Assembly (NCBI GenBank): GCA_963741945.1
Contig: CAVUKA010000006.1
Coordinates: 32,001 to 96,000 of the forward strand
DNA length: 64,000 nucleotides
Origin: an uncultured Gemmatimonadales bacterium
GTDB taxonomy: Bacteria; Gemmatimonadota; Gemmatimonadetes; Longimicrobiales; RSA9
Reading direction: 5' to 3'
Below the pieces are notes generated by a model that was given only the letters and a program-made list of their open reading frames with translations, made no database searches and was not told the DNA's origin. The position numbers and the translations under genes were made by a program. Positions within the stretch are counted from its first letter, which is position 1; each line of letters starts with the position of its first letter. This document shows positions 47,611-57,600 of this stretch, piece after piece.

Positions 47611-48524
47611 GCGGCGCCACGCGGGCGGCCGGCCAGCCTGAAGACCAGCCAGCCGAGGACGAACACCACGGCTACCCCTATGAGCGCCGCCACCCACGCC
47701 CCGCCCATCGGCGCCGAGTACCCCGCGAGCGGCGATGCCGCGGCGTGCTCCGGCGCGTGTAGCCCCACGGCCGCGGCCGAGCTCTCCAGCGCGTCCGGCA
47801 GCCCCGACGCCCATGTCGCGGCCGACAGCGCCACCACCACCGCCGCCCCGCTCGCCACCGCCACCACCCGGCCCCGCCGGGTGACGGGCGCACCGGTGCG
47901 CAGCAGCTCCGGGCGCGAGCGAAGGACCATGGAAACCACTCCCGCCGTGATCACCGCCTCCGTCAGCCCCACCAGCACGTGCGCTCCGCCAACCGCCAGC
48001 ACTGCCGTTCTCACCGGCACGACGCCCGAAAGCCCCAGCTCCAGCGCCGCCGCGATGCCCGTGGCCAGCGCGGACACGAACGCCGCCCCCGCCGCCGCCA
48101 CCACCCGCCCCCGCCCCCGGTCACCCAGCGCGAGGACGCCCCACCGGTACACCAGCCAGCCGCCTCCGGCGCCGATCACCGCCAGGTTGAACGTGTTCGC
48201 TCCCAGCGCCGTGATCCCGCCATCCTGGAACAGCAGCGCCTGCACGAGCACGACGGAGAACATGGCCAGCATCCCCGCCCAGGGCCCCGCGATCGCCGCG
48301 ACCAGCACGCCCCCGAGCAGGTGCGCGCTCGTCCCCGCGCCCAGCGGGAAGTTGAACATCTGTGCGGCGAACACGAACGCGGTCGCGGCGCCCAGCACCG
48401 GGGCCTGCCGCTCTCCCAGCGCATCCCTCGAACGCCGGGCCGCCACGCCCAGCGCAACGGCGCTCAGGGCCGTCGTCCCCGCCAGAACCGACGGGCTGAG
48501 GAATCCGTCCGGTATGTGGGCCAC
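47607..48524 (-). CDS. cbiM: ECF Co/Ni S component with fused C-terminal PDGLE-like (NikN-type) region
   Basis: HIPDGFL, FAAQMFNFP, GTSAHLLGG, QALLFQDGG, SGLPDALE; GGAGGAG before the GTG. Confidence 0.9.
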   Translation of the reverse strand: MAHIPDGFLSPSVLAGTTALSAVALGVAARRSRDALGERQAPVLGAATAFVFAAQMFNFPLGAGTSAHLLGGVLVAAIAGPWAGMLAMFSVVLVQALLFQDGGITALGANTFNLAVIGAGGGWLVYRWGVLALGDRGRGRVVAAAGAAFVSALATGIAAALELGLSGVVPVRTAVLAVGGAHVLVGLTEAVITAGVVSMVLRSRPELLRTGAPVTRRGRVVAVASGAAVVVALSAATWASGLPDALESSAAAVGLHAPEHAAASPLAGYSAPMGGAWVAALIGVAVVFVLGWLVFRLAGRPRGAA

Positions 48525-48697
48525 CGCCCCATCTCCTCCAAGAGGTGAGAGTGGATCGTAACCGTCCGCCAGCCCGGCGATCAAGCCGGAAATCGCCCCG
48601 TTCTCCCGTGGGGAACCTCCCTTCGCCCCTCGCCGACCTTCCCCGCCACCCCTATTCTCCCCCGAACGGCAACCCACGACCACCGGAGAGCCCCATC

Positions 48698-49570
48698 GTG
48701 CCCGGCTACACCGCGCAAGACCTCGTCACCCTGCTCGAGCTGGAGCCGCTGGAATACAATATCTACCGCGGTCGCAACCGTGACATCGGGACACCGCAGA
48801 TCTACGGCGGGCAGGTGCTCGCACAGTCGCTGGTGGCAGCGAGCAGGACCGTCGACGACGACCGGCCGGTCCACTCGCTCCACGGCTATTTCATTCTGCC
48901 CGGGGAGCTCGATGCTCCGATCGTCTATTTCGTCGACCGGTTGCGAGATGGGGGGAGCTTCACGACCCGCCGCGTCACGGCGATCCAGCGCGGACGCGCC
49001 ATCTTCAACATGTCCGCTTCCTTCCACCGCGTGGAGCCGGGGCCGGACCACCAGACGCCCATGCCGGACGTCCCGCCCCCCGAGGCGCTGCCATCCGAGC
49101 TGGAGCTGCTCCGGGGCATGCGCGGCCGGATCCCGGAGAAGCTCCGCGGCATCCTGACGCAGGACCGGCCCCTGGACTGGCGACCCGTCGATCCGGTGGA
49201 CCCGTTCGACCCCGAGCCCCGGCCCCCCGTCCGGCAGCTCTGGGTGCGTGCCATCGGCGAGGTCCGCGACCCGCTGCACCACGCCGCGATCCTCGCCTAC
49301 GCCTCCGACTACGGCATCCTCGGCTCCGCCCTCCAGCCCCACGGGATCACGTTCCGCAGGGGCGACGTCATGGTCGCATCACTCGACCACGCCATCTGGT
49401 TCCACCGCCCCTTCCGCATCGATGACTGGCTCCTCTACTCGATGGAGAGCCCGTCCGCCGCCGGGGCCCTCGGTTTCGGACGCGGCGCGTTCTACACCCG
49501 CGACGGCGTGCTGGTGGCTTCCGTCGCACAGGAAGGGCTGGTACGGCCGCTCGAGCGCCGCGACCGCTAA
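48698..49570 (+). CDS. tesB: Acyl-CoA thioesterase II
   Basis: YGGQVLAQ, HSLHGYF, RDGGSFTTRRV, AYASD, ASLDHAIWFH, QEG. Confidence 0.95.
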   Translation: MPGYTAQDLVTLLELEPLEYNIYRGRNRDIGTPQIYGGQVLAQSLVAASRTVDDDRPVHSLHGYFILPGELDAPIVYFVDRLRDGGSFTTRRVTAIQRGRAIFNMSASFHRVEPGPDHQTPMPDVPPPEALPSELELLRGMRGRIPEKLRGILTQDRPLDWRPVDPVDPFDPEPRPPVRQLWVRAIGEVRDPLHHAAILAYASDYGILGSALQPHGITFRRGDVMVASLDHAIWFHRPFRIDDWLLYSMESPSAAGALGFGRGAFYTRDGVLVASVAQEGLVRPLERRDR

Positions 49571-50496
49571 GCTGCCGCCGACTCCGTTTCCGCGCGCCGG
49601 CCATCATGGCCCACGAGCACGGGAACCGGGGACGCCCGCACCACCTTGTCCGCCACGCTCCCCAGCACGGCCCGCGCTACCGCGCTGCGCCGGTGCGTGC
49701 CCACGGCCACCAGGTCGCAGTCCAGGTCCCGGATGGCCGTGAGAATGCCGCGCGCCGGATGATACGCCTTCACCAGCTGGACCCGGGTGTTCACCTCCGG
49801 CGGCAGCCGTGACCGCGTGGCCGCCAGCCCCTCCTCCGCCTCGCGCTCCCGCTCACGGCTCACGTCCCGGTCCATCTCCGCGGCGTGCGGGATGTACGGC
49901 GAGGCAAGGCCGGATGGGACCGAGACCACCCGGAGCACCGTGAGGCGCGCATCGAACAGCCGCGCCAGCGCCGCGGCGTGGTCTACCGCGGCTTCGGCTG
50001 CGTCCGTGCCGTCCGTGGCGGCCAGCACATGCCGGAGCCGGGCGTCCGGCGGCGTCGCTTCCCCGCTTTCCGGCCGCACCAGCAGTACGGGGACGGACAC
50101 GTGCCGGACCACGCTGTCCGCCACGCTCCCGAGCCACGCCCGCTCCACGCCACCGCGGCCATGGGTGGCCATCACCACCAGGTCCGCATGGCCCTCCGCC
50201 CACTCGATGAGGGAATCCGCCACGTCGCCTTCCAGCAGCGCAGAATGGACCGCGATGCCGTCGCTTCGCAGCGACTCCGACCGCCGGGACAGGTACTCGA
50301 GCTCGCGCTGCTGGAGCGCCTTCTGCCACTCATCCAGCGCCAGCACCGCCATCTCGACGGGGTAGCGCGAGAGAGTGGCCTGGACCAGCGCCAGGGTGAC
50401 CTCGGCTTCGGCTTTCCGCGCGATCGGCCGCGCCCACGCCAGCGCGTGCTCGGAAAACGTGGAGCCGTCCAGCGGGACCAGCACGCTTCGAAACAT
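49567..50496 (-). CDS. Tandem-domain universal stress protein
   Basis: VLVPLDGS, MATHGRGG...LGSVAD, ATDGT, VLGSVADKVVR. Confidence 0.93.
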   Translation of the reverse strand: MFRSVLVPLDGSTFSEHALAWARPIARKAEAEVTLALVQATLSRYPVEMAVLALDEWQKALQQRELEYLSRRSESLRSDGIAVHSALLEGDVADSLIEWAEGHADLVVMATHGRGGVERAWLGSVADSVVRHVSVPVLLVRPESGEATPPDARLRHVLAATDGTDAAEAAVDHAAALARLFDARLTVLRVVSVPSGLASPYIPHAAEMDRDVSREREREAEEGLAATRSRLPPEVNTRVQLVKAYHPARGILTAIRDLDCDLVAVGTHRRSAVARAVLGSVADKVVRASPVPVLVGHDGRRAETESAAA

Positions 50497-50661
50497 GCGT
50501 TCCTCCCCGGCGGCACGAGACCCCCCGACGAGCTGGCGCGGGGCGCACCCTCGACGATGGATCGCGCTGCCCCCTCTCATGGCCATTCTTCCTCGGGCCT
50601 CCACGGCCCCGCGCTCCAATATGCGGCCGCGCGCGGACGGCCGATATGATGTCGAAGCGCT

Positions 50662-51393
50662 TCAGGTCGCCTGGCGCGAGCCCAGGAGCAGCTCGACGGC
50701 GGCTGAGAATCCGGGGACACGGGGGAAGCCGTTGTGGAGTGGCTCCACCACGTCGTGCTGCCAGGGGCGGGCGACCTCGACCAGGATGGCGCGCGCGCCG
50801 ATCTCGAGCGCGGGGTTGATGTCGCTCCGCAGGCTGTTGCCGACCATGCACGCGCGACCGGGATCGTGGATGCCGAACTCGTCGAGCGTCTGACGCAGCG
50901 CTTCGGCCGTCTTCACCGGGACCACTTTCACGCGCGCCTCTCCCACTACCTCCAGGGCGCCGGAGTCCCGAAGGCAGCCCATCTGATAATCCGCATCGCC
51001 CGACTGGGTGTAGAGGACCGTGCGCAGCGACAGGACCAGTCGCTTGAGCGCATCCAGCGCGCCGGTCAGCGGAGGCGGTGTGCCGGCGACCGCCTCGCCC
51101 AGCGCGCCACAGCGCTCCAGCAGTGCGGCATCGACCTGCACGCCTCCCCGCTCGCACACGGTTCGGTACGTCTCCCGGAACGCGACCCCCATCCTGCGCG
51201 GACCGAACCCGTGCCGTGCACGCATCACGGGGTCCACCTCATGGTGGTGCACCCGGTGGACCACCGCCGGATCGAACCCCTCGGCTTTCAGAAGTGTGAA
51301 GAGCGCGTCGCGCGCCTGGGCGAAGCGCGGGGCCGTATCGACCAGGGTGTCATCGAAATCCACCAGCACGAGGTCGGGCTTCTCGGTTGTCAT
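50662..51393 (-). CDS. HAD-superfamily hydrolase
   Basis: DFDDTL, MVGNSLRSDINPA. Confidence 0.9.
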   Translation of the reverse strand: MTTEKPDLVLVDFDDTLVDTAPRFAQARDALFTLLKAEGFDPAVVHRVHHHEVDPVMRARHGFGPRRMGVAFRETYRTVCERGGVQVDAALLERCGALGEAVAGTPPPLTGALDALKRLVLSLRTVLYTQSGDADYQMGCLRDSGALEVVGEARVKVVPVKTAEALRQTLDEFGIHDPGRACMVGNSLRSDINPALEIGARAILVEVARPWQHDVVEPLHNGFPRVPGFSAAVELLLGSRQAT

Positions 51394-51430
51394 GGGCGAG
51401 AAGTTGAACGGGTTTTCCGATCCCGCGCAA
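51394..51430 (-). promoter_or_regulatory. Putative leaderless promoter of the HAD gene
   Basis: TTGCGC-N18-CAACTT-N7-ATG, no SD. Confidence 0.4.
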
Positions 51431-51493
51431 CGTCGCGGCGGCACGGAACCTGCCCTTTTTCGCGCGTGACGGGAGGTTTGGAGGGGTAGCCGA

Positions 51494-53431
51494 ATGACGA
51501 CTGACAGCGACCGGACGCGCGTTGGTTCGCCACCGGCGGAGCCGCCGATCGCCGAGGGCATGGAGCAGAGCGGCGATTCGTTCCTGGCGGAAGCGAGCCG
51601 GCTGCTCGCCGACACACTGGACTACGACGCCACGCTCGCGACCGTGGCCCGGCTGGCGCTGCCCCACCTCGGCGCCTGGTGCATGGTGGACGTCGTGGAG
51701 GAGGACGGCGAGATCCGTCGCGTGGCAGTGGTCCACCCGGAAGCGGGCAGGCAGGCGCTCGCCCGTGAGCTGCAGGACTGCTGGCCGCCGCGCAGGGAGG
51801 ATCCCGTGGGTGTCCCCGTGGTGGCGCGGACACGGCGATCGGAGGTCATGCCCACCATGGGCGAGCGCATGCTTCGGGAGATGGCGCGCGACCGCCACAC
51901 GCTCTCCGTTCTCCGACACCTCGGCATCGGCTCGCTCATGACCGTCCCTCTGATCGCCCGCGGTGACGTGCTGGGCGCCATCACGTTCGTCGGCCCGGAG
52001 GACGGCCATCATTACACCGGCGACGACCTTGCGCTGGCCGAGGACCTGGCCGCCCGCGCCGCCATCGCCATCGACAACGCCCGCCTGTTCCGGGCCGCCG
52101 AGACCGCGCGCGAGGCGGCGGAAGCCGGCAGCCGGGCGAAGAGCCAGTTCCTGGGGGTGATGAGCCACGAGCTGAGGACGCCGATCAATGCCATTCTCGG
52201 CTACGCTCAGCTGCTGGACATGGGCGTGAAGGGTCCGCTGACGGATGAGCAGAGGGAGCTGCTGGGGCGAATGGAGGCGAGCAGTAAGCATCTGCTCGAG
52301 CTGGTGACCCGGATCCTCGACGTCGCCCGCGCGGAGACGGGGGAGCTCACGGTGCAGAACCATGTGGCCGTGGCGCGGGAAGTCATCCAATCGGCGCTGG
52401 AGGAGGTCAGGCCGAGGCTGTCCGGGGACTTGCAGATCGAGGGCGGTCAGGATACGGACGCCGCTATCCGGTTCCTCGGCGACCCGATCCGCGCCCGACA
52501 GATCCTGGTGCACCTGCTCGAGAACGCGGTCCGCTTCACCCGCGCCGGCGGCCGGATCGCGCTTTCCTGCACTCAGGTCGATGGTGCCGGAGCGCCCGAC
52601 CGGCTGCGCGGCACGGGGCCCTGGATCCGGATGGACGTCGAGGATACCGGCGTGGGCATCCCTGGAGGCAAGCTGGAGGAGGTTTTCGAGCCCTTCGTAC
52701 AGGGGCACAGCAACAGCTTCACCCGTGAGACGGACGGGTCGGGGCTCGGGCTGGCGATCAGTCGCTACCTGGCTCGCCTCATGGGCGGTGATCTCACGGT
52801 GGACAGCACGGAAGGCGTGGGCTCCCGTTTCTCCCTCTGGCTGCCCGCACCCCGGCCCCTGGGGGAGATGCGCAGGGATCGCCGCCTCTTCGAGCGCGAG
52901 GCCGATGGGCTCCCGTTCCTGGCCCGTCACCTGCTCCGGCGGCTCGCGCCGATCATGGACACGTACGTGGACAGGCTGCGGCGGGACGGCGCGATTCCCC
53001 GGGCCCGCGAGGCCAGTGAAGTCGCGCTTCGCAACCACGTGCCCCATTTTCTGTCCGGCATCGCCAGCCTGCTCTCCCACGCCGGTCACCGGGGCGACGA
53101 GGTCACGGACGTGCTGCGGGGCGGCAACACGATCCAGCGGCTCACGCTCGAGCTGCACGGCGGTCAGCGGCGCCGCATGGGCTGGAGTGAGCATGCCGTG
53201 AAGCGGGACATCCAGCTCCTGCGCGAGACGGTGGAGACGGACATTCGCCGCAGCGCGCCGGAGGAGCATGACCTGAAGGAAGCGTTCGAAGTGCTGGAGC
53301 GCCTGTTCGACCAGGCGAAGCGGATCAGCCTCCAGGGCTGGCGCTACACGGACATGGAGGAAGGCGACCACGACCACCGAGCGAAGTCCCCGCGAGACGA
53401 CCTCGCCTGGCTCCAGAGCTCCCCTGGCTGA
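51494..53431 (+). CDS. GAF sensor histidine kinase with an extra C-terminal helical (RsbRD-N/globin-like) domain
   Basis: GAF; MSHELRTPINAILG, LLENAVRFT, DTGVG, GSGLGL; about 190-aa helical tail containing HGGQRRRMGW. Confidence 0.88.
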   Translation: MTTDSDRTRVGSPPAEPPIAEGMEQSGDSFLAEASRLLADTLDYDATLATVARLALPHLGAWCMVDVVEEDGEIRRVAVVHPEAGRQALARELQDCWPPRREDPVGVPVVARTRRSEVMPTMGERMLREMARDRHTLSVLRHLGIGSLMTVPLIARGDVLGAITFVGPEDGHHYTGDDLALAEDLAARAAIAIDNARLFRAAETAREAAEAGSRAKSQFLGVMSHELRTPINAILGYAQLLDMGVKGPLTDEQRELLGRMEASSKHLLELVTRILDVARAETGELTVQNHVAVAREVIQSALEEVRPRLSGDLQIEGGQDTDAAIRFLGDPIRARQILVHLLENAVRFTRAGGRIALSCTQVDGAGAPDRLRGTGPWIRMDVEDTGVGIPGGKLEEVFEPFVQGHSNSFTRETDGSGLGLAISRYLARLMGGDLTVDSTEGVGSRFSLWLPAPRPLGEMRRDRRLFEREADGLPFLARHLLRRLAPIMDTYVDRLRRDGAIPRAREASEVALRNHVPHFLSGIASLLSHAGHRGDEVTDVLRGGNTIQRLTLELHGGQRRRMGWSEHAVKRDIQLLRETVETDIRRSAPEEHDLKEAFEVLERLFDQAKRISLQGWRYTDMEEGDHDHRAKSPRDDLAWLQSSPG

Positions 53432-53480
53432 ACACTCCCCTGCCGGACCGGGCGCCGCCGAGACCCTCGCTGCCCGGATC

Positions 53481-54629
53481 ATGGACACGTTCGCCGTCGA
53501 TACGGGCCTCCGCTCCGACGGGCCGCAGCGGCGGTACCTTTGGACGGATGCCTTCGCCGTCGGCAATTGTCTGGCCCTGCACGTCCGCGAGCCCGGCCGC
53601 GGCTGGCTCGGACTCGCCGCCGATCTGGTGGCTTCCGTACACCACGTCCTGGGCCGCCACCGCGGCGATGACGTCCGCTCCGGATGGATCAGCGGCCTCC
53701 CGGAGGAGGCGGGCGCGCGCCACCCGACCGCCGGCGGTCTGCGCATCGGCAAGCCTCTGCCGGAGCGCCGCCCCGGTGAGCCGCTCCACCCCGGGCTGGA
53801 GTGGGACAGGGATGGGCAGTACTACCACTACCTGACCCGCTGGATGAGAGCGCTCCACCGGTTCTCCGCGGAAACGGGGGACCTGGAGCCTGCGCGCTGG
53901 GCCGAGGAGCTGGCCGTGGCCGCCTACCACGGCTTTGCCGACCACACCGCCGGCGCGGCGGGCCTGGCCTGGAAGATGAGCGTGGACCTGTCCCGACCGC
54001 AGGTGCCCTCCACCGGGCACCTGGACCCGCTGGACGGCCTCGTCACCGCGGCGCTGCTCCGGCAGGGTGCCGATCCGGACCGCCTTCCCCGCCCCGCCGG
54101 CGAGGACCGTGCGGTTCCCGGGACGCTGGCCGGCGTCCTCGACGGGCTGGCCACGCTCTGCGATGGGCGCAGCTGGGCCACCGACGACCCCCTGGGCGTG
54201 GGTGGACTGCTGGAGGAGGTGGCGCTCCTGGCCACGTTCGTGCGCCGCGGCTCCAGCCGTCGGGAAGGCCTGCTCTCCCGCGCCCTCGATGACGCGGACA
54301 TCAGTTTCGACGCCCTCGACGCCGACCGGCTGCTGGCGCTCCCGGCGGAGCGTCGCCTGGCATTCCGCGAGCTGGGGCTCTCCATCGGCCTCGCTGCGGT
54401 GGTTCGCCTGGACGACGCCCTCACCGACCAGGACGACGCCGTGGCCGACTGGCTCCGTCCCCACATCCGGCGGCTCGCCGCCCGCGCACCGCTCGGGGAG
54501 CGGATCACGACGTTCTGGAGCGAGCAGGACCATCGCGCGGTCCCGGCCTGGACCGAACACGGGGACATCAACGCCGTCATGCTCGCCACCGCCCTGGTTC
54601 CCGACGGCTGGCTCGGCGACATCCCCTGA
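53481..54629 (+). CDS. Conserved hypothetical protein
   Basis: Strong coding bias; motif-like blocks RRYLWTDAFAV, GLRIGK, DGQYYHYLTRWM, WKMSVDLS, RLAFRELGL, HGDINAVM. Confidence 0.75.
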   Translation: MDTFAVDTGLRSDGPQRRYLWTDAFAVGNCLALHVREPGRGWLGLAADLVASVHHVLGRHRGDDVRSGWISGLPEEAGARHPTAGGLRIGKPLPERRPGEPLHPGLEWDRDGQYYHYLTRWMRALHRFSAETGDLEPARWAEELAVAAYHGFADHTAGAAGLAWKMSVDLSRPQVPSTGHLDPLDGLVTAALLRQGADPDRLPRPAGEDRAVPGTLAGVLDGLATLCDGRSWATDDPLGVGGLLEEVALLATFVRRGSSRREGLLSRALDDADISFDALDADRLLALPAERRLAFRELGLSIGLAAVVRLDDALTDQDDAVADWLRPHIRRLAARAPLGERITTFWSEQDHRAVPAWTEHGDINAVMLATALVPDGWLGDIP

Positions 54630-54680
54630 CGCCCGCGCCGCCCGGGGGTCGCCGATCGCCCGACGACCGAAGCGCCGGCC

Positions 54681-57600
54681 TCAGTCGCCCGTGATCCGGA
54701 TGAACCGGTAGTCCGGCACGTACCCCGCCTTCACCAGCACCGGCTTGAGCGACGATCGGAACGCCGGCTGACCGTCCACTTCCTCCAGCGAGATGACCCC
54801 CCGCGGGTGACGCCGCGCCACCTGTCGCAGCGCGGGAACGGCCCGGGCCACCGCCTCCTTGGACGCGGTCGCGAACGTGCGCAATCGACGACCCTTCCGG
54901 TCCAGGAAGAGCACGGGCGCTCCACCCGCGAGCACGACGACCGCCCCCGTGGAGCGGGTGGGCGGACGGCCGCGGGAGTCGGTGGGCTCCGGCCACGGGA
55001 GCAGCCACCCGTACGGGTTCGACGGGTCGGACGCCGCGAGAACCACCACGGCCTCGTCGCCTTCCTCGTCCCGTATTCCGCGCAGCCGGTCCACGAGCCC
55101 CGGATACGCGAACTGCGCGCCTCCCAGCCCTTCCACGAAGTAGCCCCGCCTCACCTTCCCTGCGTCTTCCATGGACCGGAGGACCCGGTACACGGATGAG
55201 AAGCCGCCGCCCAGCGCTTCCACGGCCGCGGTCTCCCGCGCCACCAGGCCATGGCGATCGAGGAGCGTGGACGCCCACGCCGCGGCCCGCGCGGTGGTGC
55301 TCACCGGCGCTCGCACGAGGTCGCGTACCAGCGACCACCGCCCGCCCGGCCCCGGCGTCCCGACGCCTCCCGCGTGGAGCGGCAAGGCCGCCATCCACGC
55401 CGGTCGGCGCCGGGCCCGCGGCCGTCCGTGCGCCCGGCCGCCGCGCGCGGGCCGGCTTCGCCCGGCCTTCGACCCCGCGGCCGCGCTCAGGTGTCGCAGC
55501 GCGGCAAACGTGTCGTTGGTCACCAGCCCGGCCCAGACCAGGTCCCACGTCGCCTCCAGGATCCGGGCCTCCCCGTCGTCCGCTGGCCCGCCATCCCCCG
55601 CCCCTGCCTCCGTGACCGCCGCCACGAGCTCGCCGTGGAAGCTCGCGCCGCGCCGGTCCAGGTGCTCCAGGATCGCGCGGTGCCGGCCATTGAACCCGTC
55701 CACGCGCTCGGCCGCATCCTCATCCGAGGGTGGCGCGAGGAGGCGGTCCACGCGGTCGCGCCGGTAGAGCACGATCCGCCCATCGTCGCCGCGCACGGGC
55801 GAATGGCCGACCCACACCAGCCATCCCATGGCCCCCAGCTCGTCCAGCTGCGACGGGCGGAACCCGCGCACGCGGGACGGGAGGATCATCCGCACCAGAT
55901 CGCGGTAGCTCAGCGGGATCCCCTCCAGCTGTGCCACCGCCTCCTCGAGGCGCTCGTGCGGGTCCCCGGCAGCCCGGTGCCACGCGGGCAGGAACCGCCC
56001 CAGCACCGCTGCCGGTACGGGAGCCACTTCCCCCCGCAGCCGGGCGATCGTCCGCCGCTTCAACTGCCGGAGGACGTCGGGGTGCACCCACTCCTCGCCG
56101 GCGACGCCGGGCGTGAACTCGCCACGCAGGAGCCGCTCCTCCGCCGTCACCGCCTCCAGGAGCACCCGGACCTGCGCTGGCACCAGACCCCAGCGAACGG
56201 CGACCTCCGGGGGCGTGAACGGCCCGTGCGTCCTCGCCCACCGGAGCAGCAGCGCTTCCACCGGCCGCTCCACCGGCTCGAGGAACACCGCCGCCACGCC
56301 GGGCGGTGGCGCCGTGCCCAGCGCGTCCCGATAGAGCCCGGCGTCCTCCACGGCGATCCACGTGTCCCGGCCGCCCACCCGCACCCGCACCGCGCGCCGC
56401 GCCCTCTCCAGCTCGTCGAGCCACGGCGCCGGATCCTCCGCCGCGCGCTCCCGCAGCTCGTCGTCCGCCAGGTCACCCAGCTCCCGGAGCACGTCGTGGA
56501 GGGCATCGGCGTGCCGGGCCCGGCGGCTCTCCATGCGCCGCTGGAGCTGCGCTTCCACCTCCGCGATCACGTCCGCGTCCAGCAGCTCACGGAGGTCCGC
56601 TTCGCCGAGCAGCTCACGGAGCAGCTTCACGTCCACGCTCAGCGCCTGCGCCCGCCGCTCCGCCGCCGGGCTGTCCCCTTCGTACAGGTACGCGGCCACG
56701 TACGCATAGACGAGCGAACGCGCGAACGGCGATGCGCTCCACGTCTCCGCCTCGTGCACCCGAACTTCCCGCCGGTCCACGGACCGGAGCACTTCCCGCA
56801 GCGCCGGGACATCGAACACGTCCTGGAGGCAGGAGCGGAACGTCTCCATGACGATGGGGAAGCTCGGATACTGCATGGCCACGGACATGAGCTTCTGCGC
56901 CCGCAGCCGCTGCGCGAACAGCGGCGTCCTCTGCCCCGGCCTGCGCCGCGGCAGGAGCAGCGCGCGCGCCGCGTTCTCCCGGAACTGGCTGGCGAAAAGC
57001 GGCGAGCGGGCCAGCTCCTCCAGCAGCCGCTCCTCCAGCTCCTCCTCGTCGGGGATCAGGAGGTCCGCGCCGGGCAGCTCGTCGCCATCGGCGATGGTGA
57101 GGACGATGCCGTCGTCGTTCCACACCGCCTGCACGTCGTAGCCCACGCGCTCGCTCACGATGCCGCGGATGGCCAGCGCCCACGGCGCGTGCACCCGCGC
57201 GCCGAACGGCGTCATGATGCAGACGCGCCAGTCACCGAGCTCGTCCCGGAACCGCTCCACCGTGATGTCCCGGTCCGTGGGGAGCGTCCCCGTCGCTTCC
57301 CGCTGCTCGGCCAGGTAGTCCACCAGGTTCCGCGCCGCCCGGGGATCCAGGTCGTGCTCGCCGGTGAGCCGGGCGACGGCGTCGTCCTCGTCCATCGTCG
57401 CCAGCTCCCGGGTGAACGCCCCCAGCGCGCGCCCCAGCTCCAGCGGACGACCCGGGCCCTCACCCTTCCAGAACGGCAGCCGCCCGGGCTCCCCCGGCGC
57501 CGGCGCCACCAGCACCCGGTCGCGCGTGATCTCCTGGATCCGCCACGTGCTGGCGCCCAGCGTGAACGTCTGCCCCGGACGGGACTCGTGCACCATCTCC

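Noticed and set aside
48530..48697. Cobalamin riboswitch or NikR operator upstream of cbiM
   Set aside because: No B12-box or GCCACTG core and no convincing dyad could be identified by eye.
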